A DNA stretch of 58,754 bases from an uncultured Candidatus Peribacteria bacterium (GCA_964436765.1 CAYTEH010000004.1:9910-68663), one strand, 5' to 3'. Positions 46,058 through 54,969 are shown, numbered from the stretch's first letter. The notes: a model not told the origin generated them from the letters alone. Numbers and translations are program-made.

Positions 46058-47047
46058 TTAATCGAGCTCTCCGACAAGACTCCGTTCCATTAATTCGCGG
46101 AGCCTGAGAGGCGTCGTCGCCTGCGTGAGCGCCCACATCAGTTTGACCACCGCGCACTCGAGGCCCATGTTCTTGCCCGAGATGACGCCGAGTTCCTCGA
46201 TGGTCAGTTGTTTGCGGTAGCGGTGGAGATCCACGGCGCCGCGCATGGTCTGCGAAATGATGAGCACCGGGATCCCCTCTTTCTTCGCCGTCTGCAGGAA
46301 CCCGAAAATGTTCTCGGAGAGCATGCCCGGGCCGTACGAACGCAGGACGATCCCGTGCGGCTTCGACGCGAGCACCGCATCCAGATAGGACGACGGCATG
46401 CCGGGAGTGAGCGCCACCACGACGACGTTGGCATCGAAGGACGGCTTCGCAATGAGCGTCCGCTTGCGGCGGACGGTGCGCCACGGATGCAGGTGGACAT
46501 CGGTGGAGAAATCGGCGAGCGGCGGGAAACGCGGGCTGTCGAAGGTCTGGAGCAAGGATTCATCTACCTTCTTCGCGCGCGTGCCGCGGATCACCTTGGG
46601 GCCCAGCGCCACGCAGACTTCGGCAATATCGAGCTGCGCCGCGCGGATAGCGAAGATAAGGTTCATGCGCCCGTCGCCCGCGATGTCGTTGATGGGCAGG
46701 AGCGCCCCCGTCATCACCACGGGCTTGCTCAGGTTCTGGAGCGCGAAACTCAAAGCCGCCGCCGTGTAGCTCATCGTGTTCGTGCCGTGGACCACCACGA
46801 AGCCTTCGTAGTCGTCGTAGATCTCTTCAATCTTCCGTGCAATCTCGACCCAGTGCTGCGGCGTGACTTCGGAGGAACCGACGTTGGCGATGGAAAAGAA
46901 ATCGAGAGCCACTTCCTTCTGCATATCTGGAATCGCCTTATGAATGACCCCGAGCGACTCGAGCGGCTCGATGCGTCCGGTCTTCTGGTTCATCACCATG
47001 CCGATGGAACCACCGACGTAGAGCAATGCGATTTTTGTGCGGGGCAT
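46058..47047 (-). CDS. L-asparaginase, type I family
   Basis: IALLYVGGSIGM (TGGTI-like motif) and VVVHGTNTMSYTAAALSF (HGTDTM motif). The start is at ATG 47047, with TATACT 6 nt upstream. Confidence 0.85.
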   Translation of the reverse strand: MPRTKIALLYVGGSIGMVMNQKTGRIEPLESLGVIHKAIPDMQKEVALDFFSIANVGSSEVTPQHWVEIARKIEEIYDDYEGFVVVHGTNTMSYTAAALSFALQNLSKPVVMTGALLPINDIAGDGRMNLIFAIRAAQLDIAEVCVALGPKVIRGTRAKKVDESLLQTFDSPRFPPLADFSTDVHLHPWRTVRRKRTLIAKPSFDANVVVVALTPGMPSSYLDAVLASKPHGIVLRSYGPGMLSENIFGFLQTAKKEGIPVLIISQTMRGAVDLHRYRKQLTIEELGVISGKNMGLECAVVKLMWALTQATTPLRLRELMERSLVGELD

Positions 47048-47062
47048 ACGCGAAGTATATAA

Positions 47063-47116
47063 GTGAAAAGAGAAAAGAGAAAAGTGACTGCTCATTTTTT
47101 TCTCCTTTCTCTTATC
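47063..47116. repeat. Hairpin with GAGAAAAG-type arms (family B, copy 2)
   Basis: gtgaaaagagaaaagagaaaag tgactgctca tttttttctcctttctcttatc. The loop and flank are similar to copy 1 at 5831-5913. Confidence 0.6.
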
Positions 47117-47125
47117 TGTAATCAC

Positions 47126-47486
47126 AAAAAAACCCCGCTGTCATAAGCGTGAGCTTGATGAGGAAGCGGGGGGTTGCAGCTCGACGCGCTGCAGCTCCCT
47201 ACCTAGATGACCGTATGTAGGAGACGGCCTGCTCGTGTGTATTTGTGTAGTTAGCCCGAAGCTCGGGCATCGGCCTCCGCGTTGAACGCCGGGAGCGCGC
47301 TGGTGTGTGTTTGTGTGAGTGTCCCTCCAGTGGAGGGAACCTCTGGACCCCCGCACCGGAGTGCAGGGTAAAGCGGTTGTCGGGACCGCGGGCGGAGGCA
47401 GGGAGGGGCGAAGGGTTGTAACGTTTTATGTACGTACCCCTCACCTCTCACTGCCTCTCAGGTAGGGTGGTTTGAAAAGAGCAAAT
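47126..47486 (-). ncRNA. Structured non-coding RNA of about 360 nt, class unresolved
   Basis: It lies in a 520-bp gap where all three minus frames are open but give non-protein-like sequence. It has its own promoter (47493-47521) and an intrinsic terminator (47133-47171 plus a U7 run). An 8-bp long-range helix pairs CCCUACCU with AGGUAGGG across about 255 nt. Several GC hairpins carry GNRA/UNCG-type loops. There are two CA-rich strands of the form ACACAAAYACACAC. Confidence 0.55.
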
Positions 47487-47492
47487 CTCATA

Positions 47493-47521
47493 AGTATAGC
47501 AGAAAAAGCCTTTGGGAGCAA
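47493..47521 (-). promoter_or_regulatory. Sigma70-like promoter of the ncRNA
   Basis: On the minus strand, TTGCTC-17 nt-TATACT. The predicted TSS is near 47486 (an A). Confidence 0.5.
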
Positions 47522-47655
47522 GGCAGCTGAACAGCCTCGAAACAGGGCTGTCGCGGAAAAGATGCAGGCCTTCAGCGACCCTTCGACAAGGTCAGGATTC
47601 AGGAACTGAAACCTGAGGCGTTGGTACTGATACTTTTCTGCGATACCATCCGTCT

Positions 47656-48249
47656 ATGTCTTCCCTTGCATCCGCCGGTAAACTCGTACTTTTGATGGGC
47701 CCCAGTGGCGTCGGCAAGAGCGTGATTTTGAAAAAATTGCGAGCCGCGCACCCCGAGTTCCATTTTCCCAGGTCCGCAACCACGCGCGACCGACGCGAAG
47801 GCGAGGGGGATGATCTCTATCAGTTCGTGAGTGACGCCGAGTTCGACGCACTCCTGCAGGCAGACAAGGTGCTGGAGTGGGCCACGGTGCACGCGGGGGC
47901 ACGGTACGGGACGCTGACGGATGAAATCATCCCGCACATCGAGGCGGGCGAAACGGTGATCCGCGAAGTGGATGTGCAGGGCTTCGAAAGCATCCGCAAG
48001 CACCGTCTCTTCTCCGGCAAAAAACCGCCCTACCGCCTGCAGTCGGTTTTCATCCTGCCCGAAAGCAAGGAGCAGCTGATCAAGCACATCACCAAACGCG
48101 CGCCCATGGAACAGGAAGAACTGAGGCGCCGGCTGAAAAGCATGGAGAAGGAGCTCACGTACGCGAAGCTGAGTGATCACTCCGTCACGAACAAAGAAGG
48201 GAAAATGGACGAGGCGATTGCGGAGGTGGAGCGGATTGTACGGTCGTAG
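47656..48249 (+). CDS. gmk: Guanylate kinase
   Basis: GPSGVGKS P-loop, SATTRDRREGE and YGT. Confidence 0.92.
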   Translation: MSSLASAGKLVLLMGPSGVGKSVILKKLRAAHPEFHFPRSATTRDRREGEGDDLYQFVSDAEFDALLQADKVLEWATVHAGARYGTLTDEIIPHIEAGETVIREVDVQGFESIRKHRLFSGKKPPYRLQSVFILPESKEQLIKHITKRAPMEQEELRRRLKSMEKELTYAKLSDHSVTNKEGKMDEAIAEVERIVRS

Positions 48250-48360
48250 GCACGTAATTGTGGCTTCAGGCAGAAGAAAGAAGGAGAGTTCCGTCCTTCT
48301 GATTGACGGGCGACCCTTCGGCAATAGACTGAGCGCCACTTTCCTTTCCCCACTATTTCC

Positions 48361-48654
48361 ATGGAACAGCAGACTCTGCCCCCGGACACGTCGGATTTCG
48401 CAGATGATGACACCGTGGGGAGGGAAACCACTGATGCTCCTCCCAACTGCGAAGACTGCCAAAAACCCATTCCGACGGAACGCCTGCGTGCGATTATGAA
48501 TGCGCGGGTGATGCGCTGCCTCAAATGCCAACGAGAATTCGAAGCGTATCTTCCCGGACACAAACCAGCGAACGGCAACTGGGAGGGCGTTGCATCGGCA
48601 GAAAGAGCCGAACGACTCTATACGCATGGTCAAGGAACGCTGCGCGACGCATAG
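48361..48654 (+). CDS. DksA/TraR-family C4 zinc-finger protein
   Basis: CEDCQKPIPTERLRAIMNARVMRCLKCQ has the CxxC-x17-CxxC spacing typical of TraR/DksA. Confidence 0.65.
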   Translation: MEQQTLPPDTSDFADDDTVGRETTDAPPNCEDCQKPIPTERLRAIMNARVMRCLKCQREFEAYLPGHKPANGNWEGVASAERAERLYTHGQGTLRDA

Positions 48655-48699
48655 AGGTCGGCGTTTGCCATTGAGTGCACAACCAAGTCGCTTTTGAAG

Positions 48700-49173
48700 C
48701 TAGTACGGCAGTTGCCCGGTGTCTTCTCTTGTAGGACCGATCCAACGACGCGCTACTGCGCCCGTGGCGGTATCTACTTCCATATTCAGAATCCCGCACC
48801 ATGTCCCGTCGTTCCATTGGGTGTCGATTGTCTCGAGAGGAAAGCCATAACGTATGAGAAGTTTGATCATGTAATTTCGCGACTCAGTGACGCTGTCAAC
48901 ATCGTCATGTGGCGCTATAAAACCTCCTCCGACAGATACGGAAAGTGCCGCACCACGATTCTCCCGCAGCACAGCTCTGAGCATTTGATGTGCTTTTTTC
49001 CGCTGGACTTGCACCTGATTGAAATGACCGACACATGCTTCCTGTTTTTCCCTGTTATAAATCACTACACCGACGCAGCGTCCCAGGAATCCGGATTCGA
49101 TATTTTGGGGAGTCTTTGCTTTAGCAAAATCGTCCTCCTTCACTGTTATAGGTTTGATGGAATGCTCTTCCAT
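48700..49173 (-). CDS. CheD-like (deamidase fold) protein, tentative
   Basis: FLGRCVGVVIYNREKQEACVGHF parallels the CheD motif LGSCVAVCxxDxxxxxGGMxHF, which holds the catalytic Cys and His. SVGGGF parallels IAGGA. The length of 157 aa fits. The overlapping plus ORF 48694..49380 looks non-coding. Confidence 0.4.
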   Translation of the reverse strand: MEEHSIKPITVKEDDFAKAKTPQNIESGFLGRCVGVVIYNREKQEACVGHFNQVQVQRKKAHQMLRAVLRENRGAALSVSVGGGFIAPHDDVDSVTESRNYMIKLLIRYGFPLETIDTQWNDGTWCGILNMEVDTATGAVARRWIGPTREDTGQLPY

Positions 49174-49517
49174 GGTTATACGAATAGTGGAGATGAGGGG
49201 ACCCTTCGATACGTCCGCCTCCGGCGGACTACTCAGGATCTTTCACAGATTATGAAGAGTGATATGTGTTGTGGAAGCAATTGGTGGTCGAAACTCTACG
49301 ACGTTCGAACTGAGGTAGAGGAGACTTTTGAAATGTTCCAAACCGCACGTTTGATGCTACAGGAAGAGGTATACGCATGATTGGTTTTGCGCCGTTTTTT
49401 AAAAATGACATGAAAGTGCCATGGTGGCTCCATGCCTGGGGCAGTATGAACTGATAGATGACAATGCACGGGCGAGATGTTACGATCACCATGTTTTGTA
49501 TAGCTCCCCCCTAACAT

Positions 49518-50066
49518 ATGTCATCTCCTGAATTCGAAGCAGTAAAACAAGAGAAAGATGCCCTTGCTGCAGAAATGCCAAAAGGCGTTGCTATGGGCAT
49601 CACAAAAATCGAAGGTAAGTTTGGCATAGCCGTTCGCATCCAAGAGAACGTTGTCGAAGGCGATGTTGCAGCGGTGAAGGCTCAGGTTGAGGCCTTACTC
49701 CGACAGAAAGCATCTTCTCCGTTTGATGTTCAGGTCATTGGCCCGATTGTAGCATTGGGAGATGCCGACGATTCCGCAGAGCAAGACTATGAGCAAGAGC
49801 TGTATGCCCTTGTCTCAGAAAAGGTGATGCCGTGGGGTGACATCGATGGCGTGGTTGGTGCAGGCCTTGGCTTTGAGGACAGTGAAGGAACAGATGGTTA
49901 TGTTGTCCGAGTGTTACTCAGGGATGAAGCTGCACGCGCTACGGTCAATCTTCCCGAAACAATGGGTTTGCAACTTGGTAACGGCGAAACGGTGACTTTG
50001 CCAGTGAAGTCTGAAGTGACTGGTATACCCCATGGCCAGTCTGCTGACGTAAGCTTGAAGCAGTAA
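49518..50066 (+). CDS. Acidic hypothetical protein (182 aa)
   Basis: Track ORF with plausible composition. No motif recognised. Confidence 0.5.
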   Translation: MSSPEFEAVKQEKDALAAEMPKGVAMGITKIEGKFGIAVRIQENVVEGDVAAVKAQVEALLRQKASSPFDVQVIGPIVALGDADDSAEQDYEQELYALVSEKVMPWGDIDGVVGAGLGFEDSEGTDGYVVRVLLRDEAARATVNLPETMGLQLGNGETVTLPVKSEVTGIPHGQSADVSLKQ

Positions 50067-50187
50067 CCTCTTCGGAATTTATTTAAACAAGAGTGAGAGC
50101 GAGAGATCGCACACTCTTGTTTTGTTGTTTGGCAATTGCCTCGGTGCCGATAACGTAGATTATTGGTCGAGATTTACCAATCCCACC

Positions 50188-51117
50188 ATGCAAAACGCAC
50201 TCATCCCTGTCGATTATCGCCTCCAAAACTCGCCCGATAATGTTTACACCCTCGATGAGGCACTACGCCGGAGCGTGGTGAAGCTTCTCCAAAACGACTA
50301 CTCCCCGAACAGTACAAAAGCGATACGCTCCGATCTAAAGCACTTTCTTGCGTGGTATACGGATGCGAACGGTGAGCAGTTTAACTTCAAGCGTGTAATC
50401 GAGCGCGACATACGCGATTACCGCACCGCCATGCAGAGTAAGGGACTGAGCGTTGCGACGATCAACAGGAGATTGATCACACTGAAGAAGTTTTTCGCCG
50501 CCGCTGCGGATGAAGAAGTTATAACCGTAGAGAGGAATCCAACCTTAAAGGTCAGGACGCTGCGGATACAGAAACTCGCTCCCAAGAGCCTGACGCCGCA
50601 AGATGCCAGGCGATTCCTGAAGGAGGTAGAGGTGCGCGGCAGTCTCCGCGACATGGCCATCATGGAACTCATGATCGGCGCGGGACTACGGGTATCAGAA
50701 GTTACGTCCCTGCGTGTTACTGATGTTCTCCTCTCCGAGCGCAAGGGTGCAGTCGTGATTCGCCACTCGAAGGGAGGCAAGACGCGTACAGTGCCTCTGC
50801 GACAAAGCGTCCGCGCATTGCTGGCGCGGTACATCATCGAATGCAAGCCAGTGGACAGATTGTTTACGGGACAGCGTGGAGTGCTGACGCCGCATGCCGT
50901 GAACAAACTCGTTGCCAAGTACGGCAAGAGGGCAGGAGTAACACTCTCATGTCATCGTCTGCGACACACGTTCGCCTTTGCCTTCTTGAAGGAAAACCCG
51001 ACTGAGATTGTGGCACTGAGCCAACTACTGGGTCATGGGAACATCAATACAACTGCGATCTACACGCAGAATCGTTTGGAGGATTTACAGGAGAAAGTGG
51101 AGAAGGTCGCATACTAA
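50188..51117 (+). CDS. Tyrosine recombinase/integrase (XerC/D-like)
   Basis: The SAM-like N-terminal domain is followed by GLRVSEV, HRLRHTFAF and LLGHGNINTTAIYTQ, giving the R..HxxR..Y catalytic set. Confidence 0.9.
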   Translation: MQNALIPVDYRLQNSPDNVYTLDEALRRSVVKLLQNDYSPNSTKAIRSDLKHFLAWYTDANGEQFNFKRVIERDIRDYRTAMQSKGLSVATINRRLITLKKFFAAAADEEVITVERNPTLKVRTLRIQKLAPKSLTPQDARRFLKEVEVRGSLRDMAIMELMIGAGLRVSEVTSLRVTDVLLSERKGAVVIRHSKGGKTRTVPLRQSVRALLARYIIECKPVDRLFTGQRGVLTPHAVNKLVAKYGKRAGVTLSCHRLRHTFAFAFLKENPTEIVALSQLLGHGNINTTAIYTQNRLEDLQEKVEKVAY

Positions 51118-51504
51118 TTTTGCATGTAAGGGGAATCCTCAGCCGCCGCCCGGCGGCGGCAAGTGTTGTAAACGTTTCAAAAACATAGCTACCTGAGCCG
51201 TTCGCTCAAAGAGAGTACAAAGCACTTGGCTTGGATTTGAACGCCGTACCGCGCATTTATGAAAGGACTGGAAAGTGAAGCTCACCAACGCATAGCAAAA
51301 TCTACTGTTGCTGCTATGATTTGCATGTACCCATCGTCGTTGCGCGTGTTGTCGTGCCTTACCGCACCACACCTAGCTTCAGTGCAAAAAGGGGCATCTT
51401 GCCTCGGTCATCGCACTGATGCGCTAGGGCAACCTACGCAGCAACGATGGGTACGCCGAGCAGGGTGCCCTTTCTTGGCTTTGTACATTTTCCCATTTCT
51501 CCTT

Positions 51505-51879
51505 ATGACTGGCTCGCAGACGAAGCAATGTCCATATTGCGGCGAAGACGTTCACGCGGATGCCGTGAAGTGCAAGCACTGTCACGAGTACTTCGATGCC
51601 GCGCTCAGGCAGGCACGTTCGGAGAAGCCGTGGAATCCAGGCATTGCCGCGCTTCTATCGTTCTTCATCCCAGGTGCAGGACAGATTTACAAAGGTGATG
51701 TCGTGAGAGGGCTTGTACTGTTCTTCCTCACCGCGCTCGGATACTTCGTGTTCGTCCTCCCTGGTATCGCGCTCCACATCTACGCCGTGTACTCCGCATA
51801 CTCCGCACCCGCGCCACGAGATCGGACAGAGCCGAATCAAAAGACTCGGAAGGCACAGAAACCTGGCACTGCCGCATAA
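51505..51879 (+). CDS. Zinc-ribbon plus TM2-like membrane protein
   Basis: CPYCGEDVHADAVKCKHC is followed by PGIAALLSFFIPGAGQIYKGD..GLVLFFLTALGYFVFVLPGIALHIY. Confidence 0.55.
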   Translation: MTGSQTKQCPYCGEDVHADAVKCKHCHEYFDAALRQARSEKPWNPGIAALLSFFIPGAGQIYKGDVVRGLVLFFLTALGYFVFVLPGIALHIYAVYSAYSAPAPRDRTEPNQKTRKAQKPGTAA

Positions 51880-52226
51880 AGGTACCTGTTATTCGGACTA
51901 CTCATAATCGTCGCTGTTTTCTTTGTTTTTATTCTCTACGCGGCGATTATTGATAAGTAAACATGACGCAGAAGTACGTCACAGCGAGTCCATTTTTGTT
52001 TTGTGTGATTTGGCTCTTCTATGAGAAGAAGTCAGATGAGAGAAAATGGAAATGGAGGAATTACGGTATTTTCTGCACGTTACAGACTCACATGTATCAC
52101 AACAAAGTTAACTCTTTGAGAATATTATTGTAATGCACTCAATTTTCTAGCTCGAATAACAGGGTACTAGCAATAACCATTTTTCCTTTCTACAATGAGC
52201 CTGCTTCGCGGCGACGCGCGGCGTTT

Positions 52227-53075
52227 TTGTATATGCAAACTTCTGATGCTCCTCAGATTGCGGCCAGTCAAAGTGTTACGTACAGGATTCAGTTCCGTAG
52301 CGTGAGATTCGGTACACGTCCTCGCTTTCAAACGCGTTGGACACCGTTGCTGTTCGCAACTATCGGAGTTCCAGCTTGGGTGGATACCGAGCAGGTTTGC
52401 GAAGTTCCGACAAAGTTTTTTGAATCGCACACTGAAGAACAATCAAACAAGGATGATTGCATACCTGATCTCATGCGTGATTTTCACGATTATTTGGAAG
52501 AGATCGACGAGGACAGGGCACTCTGCGCGAAGCATGCGGAGACCGCTGCCATCCATGACATGGAAGGGCAGAACCTAGAGCTATACCGCATGTTCAAAGC
52601 AACGGCGAACGCTGCCGAACACCTGAGAACGGGTGCGAAACATCTTCCCGACTGGGAAGAATCCCTGTTTGCGAAACACAATATCGAAGGATGGGAGAAG
52701 CTGAGGCAGCAAGTAACCCAACGTATGGAGAAGCATGGAAAGCAACACGAAGTCCTGACAAAGGGAGTGGCATGGGAAGGCAGGCCCGTCCTGATTCATG
52801 CGTATAAGTTTGAGCCTGACCCGCGCATGAAAGTCGAACTCATTGTGCCACCGTATGGTGACCCGTCCCCCATGCTCCCGATACAAACACTAGCTGTGCT
52901 ACTTCGTTGTCATGAATTTCTGCTCGCGCCGGGGATAGTTGCCGCCCTCCCCCCCTACGTGGGACACGACGTAAAATTCATGACCCTTTGGGAGTATCTC
53001 GAAGCCAAAATGCCCAAAGACGAGTATGCTATTTTCAGCCTCCCCACTTATCAAAATGTCGCGCCCAGTGCCTAG
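52227..53075 (+). CDS. Hypothetical island protein (282 aa)
   Basis: Track ORF. No motif recognised. Confidence 0.5.
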   Translation: MYMQTSDAPQIAASQSVTYRIQFRSVRFGTRPRFQTRWTPLLFATIGVPAWVDTEQVCEVPTKFFESHTEEQSNKDDCIPDLMRDFHDYLEEIDEDRALCAKHAETAAIHDMEGQNLELYRMFKATANAAEHLRTGAKHLPDWEESLFAKHNIEGWEKLRQQVTQRMEKHGKQHEVLTKGVAWEGRPVLIHAYKFEPDPRMKVELIVPPYGDPSPMLPIQTLAVLLRCHEFLLAPGIVAALPPYVGHDVKFMTLWEYLEAKMPKDEYAIFSLPTYQNVAPSA

Positions 53076-53158
53076 AGGTGGCACTCTGCCACAGCGACTC
53101 GATTGTGGGGAGCCAGAGTGCCTCTTCTGGGCATAACGCCTGACCTATTGCTCCCCAC

Positions 53159-54784
53159 ATGTCGAAGAACTATTCATCAAAGGCCGTACTCCACGGAGAC
53201 TGGGGACTGTACCGTCGTAAATCAACCGACGAAAAAGGGAAACAGATAAAGTCCTTAGAAGATCAAGAAAAAGAGGGTCGGACCCAGTTTGATAAATTGT
53301 CTCCTGAGGAAAAAGTGGGAAGAAAACTGATTGAGTACCCGCAGGAAAGTAAAACTGCCTTTCATCCGAACAGACGAAAAATCTTTAGCGCGATGATCGA
53401 GGACATTCGACTGGAAAAATTGTATGGACTCATTGCCTCTGACTTTAGGCGCATCAGCCGTAACCCCGAAGAAACGGGAGAATTCGTACAATTGATGAAG
53501 GATGGGAAACTAAAGTGTTTCGTTTCCTCTGTGAGAAACCGTTTGTACTGGTGGAATAATTCCGATGACATCGCAGCGTTGATGTTAGAAGGTGGAATCA
53601 GTTGCAAGGACAGTATGGACAAAGGGGATGTGATCGTGAGCCGCATGAAGGCGAGAGGGATTGAAGGGAAGCATCTGAGTCGAAAGCCTTTCGGGTTCAA
53701 GCGTCACATTATCCCGCACACCGATGGCTACTTTGAACGCATAACTATCGTAGATGAGGACCAGTTGCCGCACCTCAAAAAGATGTTCGAGATGGCCGCT
53801 AGAGGCTGTTCCCTAGAAACCATCACTCAATGGGCATTCAAAAATGGTATCCGTGCGCGGCCTGCGAAAAATAACCGCAGTGGCATTCTGCACAAGGCGA
53901 CCATTGCGAAAATCCTCCACAATCCCTTCTACAAAGGCTACGCCCGTTACAAGGGTCAGGAGTACGCATGGGGAGAAGAGCATATTCCGAGAGTACTGAT
54001 GCCGAATGGAGAACTGATTCCTCTGGACGAACCTCCCATATCTCCCGCGCTATGGAACCGCGTCCAACTAATGCTCGCATCACGGCGAACGAACACAGCA
54101 CGAGCCAAGGACTTGCTGCTGCGTAAGATGTTTAAGTTTGGGAGCATCATTCACTGTGGTAAATGTAATCGCGTCCTCAGCCCGTATAGAGTTCCTAAAG
54201 AATCAGGCATGACGTATGTCTACTATGAGTGCAAGAAGACGCAACCGCGTTGCCAAGTCTGTGTCAGCCAAGGATCGCTCGAAAAACAGCACAAGGAGAA
54301 GCTTAAACAAGCTGACCCTGGTGAAACGGAGTTAGACCGCGCCCGTAGCGAGTTGGTCAAAATCCATCGGGAGAAGAGTAGCAGCCGCAAACTCCGCCGG
54401 AGCGAATTGCAAACCAAATATGAGAAGATCGAACGCTCGATTAATGACCAAGTTGCCGCTTTGCCTACGCTCAAAGCCATCGGCCTAGAGGAGAACGGCA
54501 TACAGCAATTGAAGGCATTGAAGCAGGAGCGCGATACTATCAAAGAGCAACTCGACAAGGTACACGATGAAGGCAGTGCATGGATTGAAAAGGTCGCAGG
54601 ATGCTTCGAACTGCTAAAGGCCGCAGAGGAAATGCTTAAATACGGCTCTCCGCGTGTTCGTGAGCAAGTGCTGAAATCCATCGCTTCTAACTACAAGTTC
54701 ATCGACGGAAAGCTAGTCCCAGACTTGCGATCTCCGTTCAAGGAGGCCTTGGAAAGAAGTGATCGTCCTGATTGGTGGAGATGA
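53159..54784 (+). CDS. Large serine recombinase
   Basis: The resolvase catalytic region is LYRRKSTDEKGKQIKSLEDQ. It is followed by a recombinase domain, a zinc ribbon (CGKCNRVL..YYECKK...CQVC) and a C-terminal coiled coil. Confidence 0.9.
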   Translation: MSKNYSSKAVLHGDWGLYRRKSTDEKGKQIKSLEDQEKEGRTQFDKLSPEEKVGRKLIEYPQESKTAFHPNRRKIFSAMIEDIRLEKLYGLIASDFRRISRNPEETGEFVQLMKDGKLKCFVSSVRNRLYWWNNSDDIAALMLEGGISCKDSMDKGDVIVSRMKARGIEGKHLSRKPFGFKRHIIPHTDGYFERITIVDEDQLPHLKKMFEMAARGCSLETITQWAFKNGIRARPAKNNRSGILHKATIAKILHNPFYKGYARYKGQEYAWGEEHIPRVLMPNGELIPLDEPPISPALWNRVQLMLASRRTNTARAKDLLLRKMFKFGSIIHCGKCNRVLSPYRVPKESGMTYVYYECKKTQPRCQVCVSQGSLEKQHKEKLKQADPGETELDRARSELVKIHREKSSSRKLRRSELQTKYEKIERSINDQVAALPTLKAIGLEENGIQQLKALKQERDTIKEQLDKVHDEGSAWIEKVAGCFELLKAAEEMLKYGSPRVREQVLKSIASNYKFIDGKLVPDLRSPFKEALERSDRPDWWR

Positions 54785-54849
54785 GGGGACTTGAACCCCT
54801 GACCTTCTGCATGCCATGCAGACGCTCTAGCCAGCTGAGCTACATCCCC
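54773..54849 (-). tRNA. tRNA-Ala (anticodon GGC), CCA encoded
   Basis: GGGGATG TA GCTC AGCTGGCTA GAGC G TCTGC ATGGCAT GCAGA AGGTC AGGGG TTCAAGT CCCCT CATCTCC ACCA. A G3:U70 pair is present. Confidence 0.95.
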
Positions 54850-54969
54850 ACGGAGGAGCGGCAGTGTATTTGAAAGGAAGGTGGCTTGCCAGCCGTAGCG
54901 AAGCCGTCATCTATGAGCCATGCCCGCGTTCGCTCATGCTATGGCGGGCAGCCGCTGCTTCGCAAAGGC

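Larger units (their letters stand above)
48660..54784. mobile_element. Putative integrated element/genomic island next to tRNA-Ala, carrying a tyrosine recombinase and a large serine recombinase (left boundary uncertain)
   Basis: G+C is visibly lower than in the flanks (spot-counted lines about 32-50% versus about 58%). It holds two recombinases and ORFan cargo, and the right end overlaps the tRNA-Ala 3' end. Confidence 0.6.

Noticed and set aside
47126-47486. Identification of the ncRNA as tmRNA
   Set aside because: On the plus strand, GGGGGGUUGCAGCUCGACG resembles a tmRNA 5' end, and a 7-bp acceptor-like pairing with ACCCCUC-ACC exists. However, the would-be T-arm is AU-rich with no UUCGA loop, the wobble is G2:U71 rather than G3:U70, and no Ala-rich tag ORF is present. 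The promoter and terminator are also on the opposite strand.
47126-47486. Identification of the ncRNA as RNase P RNA, SRP RNA, a T-box or a TPP riboswitch
   Set aside because: I could not find GAGGAAAGUCC or ACAGAA..GGCUUA (RNase P), GUCAGGUCCGGAAGGAAGCAGC (SRP), AGGGUGGUACCGCG (T-box; only UAGGGAG is present) or the CUGGAUAAUGCCAGCG THI-box. Only an Infernal scan can settle this.
47599-48633. 344-aa minus-strand ORF
   Set aside because: Antisense to gmk and the TraR/DksA-like gene, with junk composition.
48694-49380. 228-aa plus-strand ORF overlapping the CheD-like gene
   Set aside because: The translation is rich in Cys, Trp and His and has no motif. The minus-strand ORF has a recognisable Cys/His deamidase-like pattern. 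This call remains low-confidence.
51205-51245. tRNA-like fragment (ggatttgaacgcc) in the island as a possible att remnant
   Set aside because: The flanks do not form a T-stem or acceptor stem, and there is no match to either intact tRNA in the window.
51880-51960. In-frame hydrophobic extension (RYLLFGLLIIVAVFFVFILYAAIIDK) right after the TAA stop of the zinc-ribbon membrane protein, as a possible read-through
   Set aside because: It is only 26 codons in an AT-rich region where open frames of this size arise by chance, and TAA is a strong stop. With the 33608 TAG case it is suggestive, but not enough to propose recoding.
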